From an uncultured Bacilli bacterium (lineage in GTDB: Bacteria > Bacillota_I > Bacilli_A > RF39 > UBA660), in the NCBI GenBank assembly GCA_910587325.1, contig CAJUKB010000002.1, forward strand, positions 32,349-96,348: a DNA stretch of 64,000 nt, in the 5' to 3' direction. The position numbers were made by a program, and so were the translations under genes. This document shows positions 19,029 through 28,661 of the stretch, piece by piece. The notes below the pieces were generated by a model that saw only the letters and a list, made by a program, of their open reading frames with translations, was not told where the DNA came from and made no database searches. The stretch's first letter is position 1. Every line of letters starts with the position of its first letter.

Positions 19029-20339
19029 TTATAATATATTTAGCGCAATCAGTTGCTCTCTTAAACTATCGGCACTCTCAAAGTCTTTATTATTACGTGC
19101 ATCTAACCAACTTTGGTAGAGTTCTTTATCGCTTTCACTAAATTCTTTTAATTCATAATAAAGTCCTAATATAGAATTGATTAGAATAATCTTATCATAA
19201 GTTTGTGAAATCTCTGTGTGGTTTCGAATACTTGTATTTAGTTCTTTTACTAAATCTAAAAGATAAGTAATTAAATTGGGAGTATTAAAATCATTATCCA
19301 TAATTTCATTAATATGTTCGTCTTTTGTTAAGTTGCCAACAGAAATATTTTCTAATTGAATTGTAATATTGGCCTGCTTTAAAGCATTATATACTTTGTC
19401 ATTAATAGCTACACATTCTGTAAAAGTGGTTTTGGTTAAATCTAATGGAGCACGATATTGGTTTTTTAAGAAAGCTAGTCTGATAACATTGCTTGGATAT
19501 TCTTTTCTTAAATCTTTTGCTAGAATAAAGTTATTTAAACTTTTGCTCATTTTTTCGCCTTCTACCATAATGTGACCATTGTGCATCCAATAGTTAGCTA
19601 AGTTATGATTCCAAGCTGCCTTACTTTGAGCCATTTCATTTTCATGATGGGGAAATTTCAAATCCACTCCTCCACCATGGATATCAATTTTTCCTTTAAA
19701 GATATCATGAATCATGACAACACATTCCGTGTGCCATCCAGGTCTTCCTGTTCCAAAAGGAGCATCCCAAATAATGCCTTCCTTTGTTTTTTTCCATAAA
19801 ACAAAGTCAAAAGGATTTTCTTTTTCTTCTGCTACATCAATTCTTTTTCCATAATCTAAGGCTTCTAAATTTTGTTTAGACAAGCATCCATAGTCTTTTA
19901 TCTTAGAAACTCTAAAATAGACATCATCGCCACTTTTATAAGCATACTCTTTTTCAAGTAATAGAGAGATAAAATCTATAATACTATCCATAGTTTCTGT
20001 TACACGAGGACGATAATCAATTGGTAAGCAATTTAGTCCTTCTAATTCTTCTAAATAGGCTTTGATAAACTTATCCGTGATTTCTTTTTCCGTTACAGAT
20101 AATTCAATAGCTGCCTTAATAATTTTGTCGTCTACATCGGTAAAATTAGATGCATAATTCACCTCAAATCCTGCATATTTCAAATAACGATACACCATAT
20201 CAAAAACAATAACCGGATACATATTTCCTACATGGGCGTAGTTATAAACAGTTGGTCCACATACATACATATTCACAACACCTGGTGTAATTGGTGTAAA
20301 CTCTTCTAATTTGTTTGTTAATGTATTAAATATTTTCAT
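19029..20339 (-). CDS. cysS: Cysteine--tRNA ligase
   Basis: CGPTVYNYAHVGN (HIGH region), zinc-site HTEC, and KMSKS are all present. 436 aa. Confidence 0.9.
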   Translation of the reverse strand: MKIFNTLTNKLEEFTPITPGVVNMYVCGPTVYNYAHVGNMYPVIVFDMVYRYLKYAGFEVNYASNFTDVDDKIIKAAIELSVTEKEITDKFIKAYLEELEGLNCLPIDYRPRVTETMDSIIDFISLLLEKEYAYKSGDDVYFRVSKIKDYGCLSKQNLEALDYGKRIDVAEEKENPFDFVLWKKTKEGIIWDAPFGTGRPGWHTECVVMIHDIFKGKIDIHGGGVDLKFPHHENEMAQSKAAWNHNLANYWMHNGHIMVEGEKMSKSLNNFILAKDLRKEYPSNVIRLAFLKNQYRAPLDLTKTTFTECVAINDKVYNALKQANITIQLENISVGNLTKDEHINEIMDNDFNTPNLITYLLDLVKELNTSIRNHTEISQTYDKIILINSILGLYYELKEFSESDKELYQSWLDARNNKDFESADSLREQLIALNIL

Positions 20340-20499
20340 ATAAATAACCTCTCATATAATTCTATTAATTATTTTTGATTTGTATAATCGCTTAATTATT
20401 ATTTGGCCTTATCATAAAAATCACCATATTTCCACCTCTTAATACCATTATATGGTATTTACTAGTGAAAATCGAGTATTAAGTTATATTTTTATAATA

Positions 20500-21897
20500 T
20501 TATTCTCCCAATCTTTCTAAAATAGTTTCTTTCCCTAATAAATAGAGAACATCTAATAAATTAGGTCCACGCATAATCCCCGTTGTCGCAATACGGATTG
20601 GCATATACAGTAGATTTCCTGTAACTCCACTTTGTTCTTCTACTTGCTTAAGTATTTTTGCTACTTCTTCTAAGTTCCAATCGCTTGTACTTTCTATTTC
20701 GTTCTTAAATATTCTTAACGTATTTTCAATACTAACATCACTTTTTAAGAATGCAATACATTCTTCCTCCAATTCTAGATTGCTTATAAAAAACATATGA
20801 GCAGTCAAGGCTATTTCAGAAGCAAAATTCAAACGATTTTTATAAAGTAATAATAAATGGTTTATCCAATCTTCTCCTTTTCCTTCTACATTGTAAAACT
20901 TCTCTAAATAAGGGCGTACAAAGTCAACATACTCATTATCTGTCATTTCTTTTAAATAATGGCGATTAAACCATTCTAACTTTTTAATATCAAAATGACT
21001 AGGACGTTTGTTTATATTTTCTATTTTAAATTCTCTTACAAGTTCTTCCATTGTAAAAAATTCTTTTGTGGATTTAGAACTCCAACCTAAAAGAGCAATA
21101 TAGTTTAAAATAGCCTCTTTTAAAAATCCTTGTGCCAGTAAATCTGTTAAGTTATCAAAGGTATTGGCTATAATTCTAGGAATATGAATAAATTCAGGAG
21201 TTGGAAATCCTAAAGCCTCATATAGTAAAAGATATTTAGGAGTACTGGTTAAAAACTTAGAACTACTTGTAACATGAGTAATATTAAATAAGGCATCATC
21301 TAGAACACTCGCAAAGTTATAAGTAGGTGTTCCATCACTTTTGATTAAGATTTGGTCTTCTAAACAAGCATTTGGAGTTGTAACATCTCCATACACTAAA
21401 TCATGGAAAGTTGTTTGTCCTTCTTTTGAGAATGCTTCACGAATAACATATTTTTCTTCAATTAATATTTTACGACGTGCTTCATCTCTTGGAAAATTCC
21501 TACATGTTCCATCGTACATATAAGAAGTTTTAGCTTCACTTGCTTCTAATCTTTTCCTATTTAACTCTTCTTTTGTACAAAAACAATAATAGGCTTTCCC
21601 TCGTTTAATTAACTTCTCAGCATAGTTTTTATAAATATCTAAACGTTCACTTTGAATATAAGAAGTATTTTCCACTTCTTTTTTAGGTCCTTCATCATAA
21701 ACTAGTCCAAAGGTATTTAATGTATTGTAAATGGATTCTTCTGCTTCTAAATTGTATAGATTTTGGTTGGCGTCGTCTATTCTTAAAAGAAATTCTCCAC
21801 CCTCTTTTTTGGCAATTAAATAGGCAAATAAAGCATTTCGCAAATCTTCTATATCCATTCTATGAACAGGTGTCATAGCAAATCTTGTTCTAGTCAT
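20500..21897 (-). CDS. Glutamate--tRNA ligase homologue with degenerate catalytic motifs
   Basis: Collinear with bacterial GluRS over 465 aa (DGTPTYNFA, LGWS, FD.KKLEWFN, LYMPIRIATTG). The HIGH, RGEDH and KLSKR positions are replaced or deleted (see findings). AAAGAGG RBS. Confidence 0.75.
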   Translation of the reverse strand: MTRTRFAMTPVHRMDIEDLRNALFAYLIAKKEGGEFLLRIDDANQNLYNLEAEESIYNTLNTFGLVYDEGPKKEVENTSYIQSERLDIYKNYAEKLIKRGKAYYCFCTKEELNRKRLEASEAKTSYMYDGTCRNFPRDEARRKILIEEKYVIREAFSKEGQTTFHDLVYGDVTTPNACLEDQILIKSDGTPTYNFASVLDDALFNITHVTSSSKFLTSTPKYLLLYEALGFPTPEFIHIPRIIANTFDNLTDLLAQGFLKEAILNYIALLGWSSKSTKEFFTMEELVREFKIENINKRPSHFDIKKLEWFNRHYLKEMTDNEYVDFVRPYLEKFYNVEGKGEDWINHLLLLYKNRLNFASEIALTAHMFFISNLELEEECIAFLKSDVSIENTLRIFKNEIESTSDWNLEEVAKILKQVEEQSGVTGNLLYMPIRIATTGIMRGPNLLDVLYLLGKETILERLGE

Positions 21898-21970
21898 AAA
21901 AAGGCCTCTTTTCTACTCTTTTTTCTACATTAAGTATACCACAAAGGTGTATTTTTTTCTTTATAAAGAG

Positions 21971-22001
21971 AAAAAAATAGCTTAGAAAGCGTTCTAAACT
22001 A
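21971..22001 (-). terminator. Intrinsic terminator after clpC
   Basis: On the minus strand, TAGTTTAGAA-CGC-TTCTAAGCTA, with one U-G wobble that would be a C-A mismatch on the plus strand. TTTTTTTCTC follows. Confidence 0.6.
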
Positions 22002-22094
22002 TTTTTATAAAATTATTTATGCTTTGACCATAAATAAGAAATTGTAATAATTCTAAATTGCAATCAACTTATTACTAATTCATCATATCATACC

Positions 22095-24251
22095 TTAAAG
22101 TGGAATTTCAATATCAATTTCATTATTGTATTTTAAAATTAAATTTTTTAAATTACGAAGACCAAATTTTTCACACTCTGCTTCTTTTTTGATTTGAGAA
22201 AATTTAATCTTTTTATTAGTTAAATTCTTTTTGGTATATTCTTTTAAGACTGCCTCAGGCAAGTTTTCAAACGTAATAACATCCGTAAATCTTCCTAGAA
22301 ATTCTTTACTAAAAGTTTCAGGCAAGGTGTTATTCTCTTTGTTTGTAAATCCTACACTATTACTTGCTACAACATTGCTAGTCATAAAAAGCATAGTGTT
22401 GGTAAAATCAATTTTTTCTCCCTTAGCACTTGTAACAAAACCTTCATCCATTATTTGTAAAAATAAGTTTAATACACGAGGATGGGCTTTTTCAATCTCA
22501 TCTACTAAGATAATGGAATAAGGATTATCTAATACACTTCTAAAAATATAAGCATCTTCATACCCCACATAACCAGCACTGACTCCAATTAGTTTATTCA
22601 CAGAAGTATCAAGATTGTATTCACTCATATCTAGGCGAATTAATTTGCTTTTTGGAATACTTTTGGAAATTAATTTTACGCTTTCCGTTTTTCCAACTCC
22701 GCTTGGTCCATTTAAAAGTAAGGTCAGTGGTTTTTCTGTATTGTTTAGTTTAAGCCAAACATTTTGTAAAATCTTTGCTATGGCTCTTTCTTGTCCTAAA
22801 ATATTACTAACTAAGTTCTTTTTAATGTTTTTAAATAACTTTTCTTTATTTTCTAACATAGGAATATTGGTTTTCTTTTCAATTGTTTCTAAAATATCTT
22901 GTTTCGTAATGGTATTGCATTTTTTGCTTGCTTTCTTTTCGAGTTGTAATGCTAGTAAATTTTCTTGTTCTTTACATCTCGTTGCTACGTCATAATCATT
23001 TTTCTTTATAGCTTCTTTCTTTTCTTCTTTTATCATTTCTAATTTTTTATTGAGTGCAACAAGTTCTTTAAATGAAATATCTTTTACTTTTTGTCTAGCG
23101 CAAATCATATCAAGTAAATCAATTGACTTATCCGGATTGCTTTTGGTTTTGATGTATTTGTCTGCAAGAGATACTATATCCTCTATATTTTCTTCACTAA
23201 TGACTAAATGATGATGACGTTCGTATTCTTCTTTCACTCCAAGTAAAATACTCTTGGTTTTTTCTAAATCTGGTTCACTAACTTGGATGGCATAGAAACG
23301 TCTTTCTAAGGCTTTGTCTTTATAAATGGAATTATAGTACTCCTCTGTTGTTGTAGCTCCAATACATTTGATTTCTCCTCTAGCAAGATAAGGTTTTAGA
23401 ATATCGGAGGCATTAATAGCACCTTCTGCTCCTCCGGCATTAATCATTGTATGAATTTCATCTATAAATAAAATAATATCCCCATTTTCCATAACTTCTT
23501 TAATGATTTTCGTTAAACGTTCTTCAAATTCTCCACGATATTTTGTTCCAGAAACTAAAGAACCCATTTCTAGCATTACAATCGTTTTATTTAAAAGTTC
23601 ATGTGGGACTAGGCCTTTATTTATTCTTCTTGCAAGTTCTTCCACAATCGCCGTTTTTCCAACTCCAGCACGACCTATAAGCAAAGGATTGCTTTTTTTC
23701 TTTCGAAGAAGAGCTTCAATTACTAAAGCGATTTCCTCTTCTCTTCCAAGCACGCTTTCATGTTCATCCACGCTTTTATTTAAGTTATTGCCAATTTCCA
23801 TAATTTCTAATTTATCATTTTTATTTCTCACTAAACTAAATTTTAGCTCTTCATAAAGACTATCCAAATCAATATCTAAACCAAGCATAATTCTAATGGC
23901 TATTCCTTCGCCTTCTTCTAGCATAGCCAAAAATAAGTGTCTTTCTGTTACTTTGCCTTTATTATTCTCATTAGCATCATTGGTAGCATTCTCTATAATT
24001 CTCTTTAAAAGAGGAGTGTATAAAACAAAATCGGTATCTTTGTTTGATGTGCCAACAACATTGATAAGTTCACTTTTAAAAATTTCAAAAGTAAGTCCAT
24101 AAAACTTTAATTTTTTACTTACTTCGTTTTCTCCATCTAATAAGGCAAGTAATAAGTGTTCACTTCCTACGTAGGGGTGTTTAAGACTTTTGCGTAATTT
24201 TTCTGCTTTTTTAAAAATTCCTGCTATTTCAATTCCATAATTATCAAACAT
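22095..24251 (-). CDS. clpC: ATP-dependent Clp protease ATP-binding subunit (ClpC-type, compact 718 aa)
   Basis: Clp N-domain repeats, two AAA+ modules (GRAGVGKTA, GPSGVGKTE), and a VGF ClpP-docking tripeptide. AGGAGG RBS. Confidence 0.85.
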   Translation of the reverse strand: MFDNYGIEIAGIFKKAEKLRKSLKHPYVGSEHLLLALLDGENEVSKKLKFYGLTFEIFKSELINVVGTSNKDTDFVLYTPLLKRIIENATNDANENNKGKVTERHLFLAMLEEGEGIAIRIMLGLDIDLDSLYEELKFSLVRNKNDKLEIMEIGNNLNKSVDEHESVLGREEEIALVIEALLRKKKSNPLLIGRAGVGKTAIVEELARRINKGLVPHELLNKTIVMLEMGSLVSGTKYRGEFEERLTKIIKEVMENGDIILFIDEIHTMINAGGAEGAINASDILKPYLARGEIKCIGATTTEEYYNSIYKDKALERRFYAIQVSEPDLEKTKSILLGVKEEYERHHHLVISEENIEDIVSLADKYIKTKSNPDKSIDLLDMICARQKVKDISFKELVALNKKLEMIKEEKKEAIKKNDYDVATRCKEQENLLALQLEKKASKKCNTITKQDILETIEKKTNIPMLENKEKLFKNIKKNLVSNILGQERAIAKILQNVWLKLNNTEKPLTLLLNGPSGVGKTESVKLISKSIPKSKLIRLDMSEYNLDTSVNKLIGVSAGYVGYEDAYIFRSVLDNPYSIILVDEIEKAHPRVLNLFLQIMDEGFVTSAKGEKIDFTNTMLFMTSNVVASNSVGFTNKENNTLPETFSKEFLGRFTDVITFENLPEAVLKEYTKKNLTNKKIKFSQIKKEAECEKFGLRNLKNLILKYNNEIDIEIPL

Positions 24252-24320
24252 AATATCCTCCTAATTTATTCTATGTAAATTATGTTTGAAATAGGAGAAT
24301 TTTATGCAAAAGAAAAAAAT

Positions 24321-24683
24321 TTACCTTTTCCTATAACCATTTTCCTTTTTAATTATTTCTCGAATTAGTTCTTTTTCTCCTATTTTATTAATTACTTTAG
24401 TAACATTTTCATAAAGACACATCCATTTTTCTCTTCTTTGAAATTCAAACTCAATTTGTTTTTGTTCTTTTTCTGTAGGTACATAAAAATCTTCTTTTTT
24501 TAAAGTTTCTTCGCTAGCATCATATAAATATCCATCTATATCCCTAAAAACACAATGATAATGTTTAATTTTTTTATCTATTAATAGAATTACATTTGGA
24601 AAATATGTTTGTACTATTTTTACTAATTCATAACAGCCACCATTTAAATACGCTTCCCTTGCTTCTTCTATATTGCCTTTACT
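24321..24683 (-). pseudogene. Start-less 120-codon open frame (probable 5'-decayed gene remnant)
   Basis: The frame is stop-free from the TGA at 24684-24686 to the TAA at 24321-24323, in AT-rich DNA. There is no in-frame ATG, GTG or TTG until codon 86. The upstream frames carry closely spaced stops. Confidence 0.3.
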
Positions 24684-24727
24684 TCATCTATATTAATACT
24701 ATAACAAAAAATATTTTAAGAAAAGCC

Positions 24728-24757
24728 AAAAAAAAATTAGTCTATTTCTAAACTAAT
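24728..24757 (-). terminator. Intrinsic terminator ending the ribosomal supercluster
   Basis: On the minus strand, ATTAGTTTA-GAAA-TAGACTAAT overlaps the rplQ stop codon. T9 follows. Confidence 0.7.
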
Positions 24758-25089
24758 TCTAATCTCACTTCTAAAGCATCGTCGCCGATTCTTTCTTTTA
24801 ATTTAATAATTCTTGTATATCCACCATTACGGGTTTCATACCTACTCGCAAGCTCATTAAATACTTTATCAACACATTCTTTGTTGTTATAAACAAATGC
24901 AAGTGCTTTTCTACGAGATACTAATGTCCCGCGTTTTCCATAAGTAATCATTTTATCAACAAACTTACGAACTTCTTTGGCTTTTGCTTCTGTAGTTGTA
25001 ATTCCCTCATTTAAAATTACATCAACAGTAAGTCCTGCAAAAACACTATGTCTTTGTCTTGTTTCTCTTCCAATTTTTCTATATGCCAT
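24748..25089 (-). CDS. rplQ: 50S ribosomal protein L17
   Basis: The sequence (RHSVFAG..., GGYTRI) and its position after rpoA. Confidence 0.95.
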   Translation of the reverse strand: MAYRKIGRETRQRHSVFAGLTVDVILNEGITTTEAKAKEVRKFVDKMITYGKRGTLVSRRKALAFVYNNKECVDKVFNELASRYETRNGGYTRIIKLKERIGDDALEVRLELV

Positions 25090-25100
25090 AAAAATCCTCC

Positions 25101-26045
25101 TTACTCGTGGAATTTAAGTCCCATTTCTACAACTTTGTCTAAAACTTCTTTTAATGATTTTTTACCTAAGTTGCGAATTTTGGTAACTTCCACTTCTCTT
25201 TTTGAAATTAAATCTTGAACAGTATGAATGCCAGCTCTTTTTAAACAGTTATATGCTCTTACAGAAAATTCAATTTCTTCAATTGGTGTTTCTAATGTTT
25301 TGGTAATGGTATCCACTTTCTTTTCAGCCATTAATCCTGAAATATCACTAATTGCATTTAAGTCTGCTACAATATTAAAATGCTCAATTAAAATCTTAGC
25401 AGATAGTGCCATTGCTTCTTCTGGTGTAATGCTTCCATTCGTATTGATTTTCATAATTAATTTATCGTAATTTTCGTTATGTCCAACACGAGCATTTTCT
25501 GTTTCATAAGCCACTTTTTCAACAGGTGAATATAGAGAGTCAATTGCAATAACACCCACTTTTTTACTGTCAAGTAATGATTGATTCTCTTTAGCGTCTA
25601 CATAACCTTTACCAGTAGATACGGTTAATTCCATATCAATTTTTCCACCTTCTACAAGATTACAAATAACTAAGTCTTTATTAATAATTTCTAAGTCCGC
25701 ATCTACTTCAATATCTCCAGCTAATACTGGCCCTGGAGTAGATTTAGATAAATGTACTACCTTATCTTCTTCTGTGTGATTTTTAAGAACCACACTTTTA
25801 AGAGCTAAAATAATACTTGTAACGTCTTCATATACTCCTTCAATTTTTTGAAATTCATGAAGAACACCTTCAATTTTAACACTTGTAAATGCACATCCAG
25901 GAAGACTTGATAACATCACTCTTCTTAAGGCATTTCCAATTGTCGTTCCAAATCCTCTTTCTAAAGGTTCAAGTGTGAATTCTCCATAATGAGAATCTGT
26001 TGCATACTCTGTTATTTTGTATTCTGGTTTTTCAAATTTAATCAT
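25101..26045 (-). CDS. rpoA: DNA-directed RNA polymerase subunit alpha
   Basis: GFGTTIGNALRRVMLSSLPG and the C-terminal domain SVRAYNCLKRAGI. Confidence 0.95.
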   Translation of the reverse strand: MIKFEKPEYKITEYATDSHYGEFTLEPLERGFGTTIGNALRRVMLSSLPGCAFTSVKIEGVLHEFQKIEGVYEDVTSIILALKSVVLKNHTEEDKVVHLSKSTPGPVLAGDIEVDADLEIINKDLVICNLVEGGKIDMELTVSTGKGYVDAKENQSLLDSKKVGVIAIDSLYSPVEKVAYETENARVGHNENYDKLIMKINTNGSITPEEAMALSAKILIEHFNIVADLNAISDISGLMAEKKVDTITKTLETPIEEIEFSVRAYNCLKRAGIHTVQDLISKREVEVTKIRNLGKKSLKEVLDKVVEMGLKFHE

Positions 26046-26069
26046 TTCTACATTTTTTCCTTTCCAACA

Positions 26070-26456
26070 TTAATTTCTAGGACGTTTTGGTGGACGGCAA
26101 CCATTATGAGGTACTGGAGTTTTATCATTAATACTGATTACTTCTAATCCTGCTGCTTGTAATGAACGGATTGCAGTGTCTTTTCCTGAACCAAGTCCCA
26201 TAACTTCAACATCAACTTTTTTAACCCCCGCATTATCCATTGCAGATTTAGCAGCAGCCTCAGCAGCCATTCCTGCAGCATATGGAGTTTTCTTTTTACT
26301 TCCCTTGTAACCGATTGTTCCAGAAGATGCCCAACTAATTACGTTTCCATCTTTTTCAGCAATGGTAACAATTGTGTTGTTGTATGTACATTGAATGTGT
26401 GCAACAGCCTCAGGAATATTTTTCTTAACTTTTCTTTTTCTTCTGTTATATGCCAT
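26070..26456 (-). CDS. rpsK: 30S ribosomal protein S11
   Basis: [13 protein letters not shown]...[13 protein letters not shown]...[16 protein letters not shown] C-terminus. Confidence 0.95.
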   Translation of the reverse strand: MAYNRRKRKVKKNIPEAVAHIQCTYNNTIVTIAEKDGNVISWASSGTIGYKGSKKKTPYAAGMAAEAAAKSAMDNAGVKKVDVEVMGLGSGKDTAIRSLQAAGLEVISINDKTPVPHNGCRPPKRPRN

Positions 26457-26466
26457 GTTTTACCTC

Positions 26467-26841
26467 CTATTTACCTACTTTTTTCTTATTTGCTACTACT
26501 TTACCTTTACCTTTACGAGTACGAGCATTTCTACTTGTTCTTTGGCCTCTTACTGGTAAACCTTTTTTATGTCTAATTCCTTGGTAGCAATTGATTTCCA
26601 TTTTATTTTTAATAGACATTTGAACATCACGACGTAAATCTCCTTCTACATCGTATTTGTCTATTTCTTTACGAAGTCTCGCAATTTCATCGTCCGTTAA
26701 GTCTTTGATTTTTTTTGTTGGATCAACACTCGCTTCTTCACAAAGTGTTTTTGCAAGGCTTCTACCTATACCATAGATAGCAGTTAGTCCAATACAAACG
26801 TGTTTTTCGTTTGGTAATTCAATATTTTTAATTCTTGCCAT
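26467..26841 (-). CDS. rpsM: 30S ribosomal protein S13
   Basis: MARI..IELP..K.V.IGLT.IYGIG and [17 protein letters not shown]. Confidence 0.95.
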   Translation of the reverse strand: MARIKNIELPNEKHVCIGLTAIYGIGRSLAKTLCEEASVDPTKKIKDLTDDEIARLRKEIDKYDVEGDLRRDVQMSIKNKMEINCYQGIRHKKGLPVRGQRTSRNARTRKGKGKVVANKKKVGK

Positions 26842-26850
26842 AAATACCTC

Positions 26851-26967
26851 CTATTTTCCTTGGGTTTGTTTGTGTTTTGGATTTTCACAAATAACCATTA
26901 ATTTTCCTTTTCTTCTTATTTTTTTACACTTATTGCATATCGGTTTTACTGATGGTCTCTTTTTCAT
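26851..26967 (-). CDS. rpmJ: 50S ribosomal protein L36
   Basis: Not in the ORF track because it is under 60 aa. The reverse-strand translation is [38 protein letters not shown], with a C..C..C..H zinc ribbon, between infA and rpsM. Confidence 0.9.
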   Translation of the reverse strand: MKKRPSVKPICNKCKKIRRKGKLMVICENPKHKQTQGK

Positions 26968-26982
26968 AATTATTTACCTCCA

Positions 26983-27258
26983 TTATCTTTTGTTCCATGT
27001 TATGCGCCCACGTGTTAAGTCGTAAGGCGAAAGTTCTATTGTTACTGTATCACCTGGTAGAATACGTATCATATTAACGCGCATTTTACCAGAAACGTAG
27101 GCCTCTACAGTATGTCCATTTGGTAATTCTACAATGTAGTCTCCACCTTTTACAACATCAACTACTTTACCTTCTACTTCAATTTTATCACTATTTTGAC
27201 CTGCTTTTACGTTTGAAGTATTGTTATTTTTTTTCATTTGATTATTTTTTTTCGCCAT
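26983..27258 (-). CDS. infA: Translation initiation factor IF-1 with N-terminal extension
   Basis: The core IEVEGKVV...PNGH.V.A.VSGKMR...[21 protein letters not shown] is canonical. About 19 extra N/K-rich residues precede it. AGGAGA lies 6 nt before the ATG at 27258. Confidence 0.9.
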   Translation of the reverse strand: MAKKNNQMKKNNNTSNVKAGQNSDKIEVEGKVVDVVKGGDYIVELPNGHTVEAYVSGKMRVNMIRILPGDTVTIELSPYDLTRGRITWNKR

Positions 27259-27260
27259 AT

Positions 27261-28010
27261 TTATTCTCCTGTTAATATTTCATATCCATTTTCTGTTACA
27301 ACTACAGTATGTTCAAAATGTGCAGACGGACTTTCATCCATAGTTACAATCACCCAGTCGTCTTGGTCAGTCAAACAAACTTCTTTTCCTCCAAGTGTTA
27401 GCATGGGTTCAATTGCAATTGTCATGCCACTCTTTAGTGTTACGCCTGTATTAGCTTCTCCAAAATTTGGAACATCGGGTTCTTCGTGCATATTTGTTCC
27501 TATGCCATGTCCCACTAAATCTTCTACAACACCTAAACCTTTACTATGAGCAAATTCTTCAATTGCATGACTTATGTCTCCTATTTTAACACCACTTTTT
27601 ACTTTACTCAAGCCTATGTTTAAGGCTTCACGAGTATTTTCTACTAAGTTTTTTATATCACGAGGTACATCCCCAACAATATAAGTTCTAGCAGAATCGG
27701 ATTCGTATCCTTTGTATCTTACACAGAAATCAATGGATACAATATCACCATTTTTGATTTTCCTTTTTCCGGGAATTCCATGTACTACTTCATCGTTTAT
27801 GGATACACAGATACTTTTAGGGAATCCTTCGTATCCTAAACAAGAAGGGGTACAATCATTTTTTAATATAAAATCATGAGCAATTTTATCTAACTCTTCT
27901 GTTTTGACTCCTGGTTTTAGATATTTTTTGATTTCTTCATGAGTTAAGTAATTAATATGTCCAGCATGTCGCATGAGTTCTATTTCACGTTCACTTTTAA
28001 TACTAATCAT
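27261..28010 (-). CDS. map: Type I methionine aminopeptidase
   Basis: Metal-ligand blocks: [33 protein letters not shown]. Confidence 0.95.
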   Translation of the reverse strand: MISIKSEREIELMRHAGHINYLTHEEIKKYLKPGVKTEELDKIAHDFILKNDCTPSCLGYEGFPKSICVSINDEVVHGIPGKRKIKNGDIVSIDFCVRYKGYESDSARTYIVGDVPRDIKNLVENTREALNIGLSKVKSGVKIGDISHAIEEFAHSKGLGVVEDLVGHGIGTNMHEEPDVPNFGEANTGVTLKSGMTIAIEPMLTLGGKEVCLTDQDDWVIVTMDESPSAHFEHTVVVTENGYEILTGE

Positions 28011-28661
28011 TTACTCACTTCCTAAAATCTTTTCTACATCACTTATAATTTTATCCTTCGTCCCTTTGGCATCGACTCTTTTTAACAAACCTTTTTCTTG
28101 GTAATAGTGAATAAGGGGTTCTGTTTCTTTTGTATATGTTTTTAAACGACTTCTAAATGTCTCTAGTGTATCGTCTTCTCTTTGGATTAGTTCTTTATGA
28201 CATTGGTCACATATACCTAGAACATTTGGTTTGAAGTTATCAAAGTAAATATTGTAACTTGCACCACATTCACATATCCTTCTTCCAACGGCTCTTTTTT
28301 CAAGTACAGCCTCATCAATTACCATGTTAATAACTACATAGTTATTAACATTAAGTTCTTGGAATAAGTTTGTTAAATAATCGGCTTGTTCTATTTTTCT
28401 TGGCATGCCATCGAGAATAAAAGGTTTATCTTTTAATTTCATAAGTTCTTCTTTAAATAAAGGAAGAATAATGTCGTCACCGATAAATTTTCCTTCTTTT
28501 AAAAGTCTCTTTATATTTATGCCCACTTCTGTGTCTAGTTTGGCGACATTTCTTAAGATATCTCCCGTTGAAATATGCTCGTAACCATGGTTTTTAACTA
28601 AATGATCACTAATAGTTCCCTTGCCTGCGGCAGGGGGAGCGATAAAGATAACGTTTTTCAC
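28011..28661 (-). CDS. adk: Adenylate kinase
   Basis: P-loop APPAAGKGT, a zinc lid (CECG...CDQC), and its position after secY. Confidence 0.95.
   Translation of the reverse strand: MKNVIFIAPPAAGKGTISDHLVKNHGYEHISTGDILRNVAKLDTEVGINIKRLLKEGKFIGDDIILPLFKEELMKLKDKPFILDGMPRKIEQADYLTNLFQELNVNNYVVINMVIDEAVLEKRAVGRRICECGASYNIYFDNFKPNVLGICDQCHKELIQREDDTLETFRSRLKTYTKETEPLIHYYQEKGLLKRVDAKGTKDKIISDVEKILGSE

Noticed and set aside
20340-20499. A possible T-box or attenuator leader upstream of cysS. It includes the AAATACCATATAATGGTATT hairpin and an 11-codon mini-ORF (MVIFMIRPNNN) after AAGAGGTGG.
   Set aside because: There is no T-box consensus, no specifier or antiterminator architecture, and no U-run after the hairpin. 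The mini-ORF has no Cys codons. At 160 nt the region is too short for a T-box.
24252-24320. CtsR operators (GGTCAAA direct repeats) expected upstream of clpC, and of clpP (52808-52954).
   Set aside because: I found no heptad repeat in either upstream region. ctsR/mcsA/mcsB are also absent upstream of clpC in this window.
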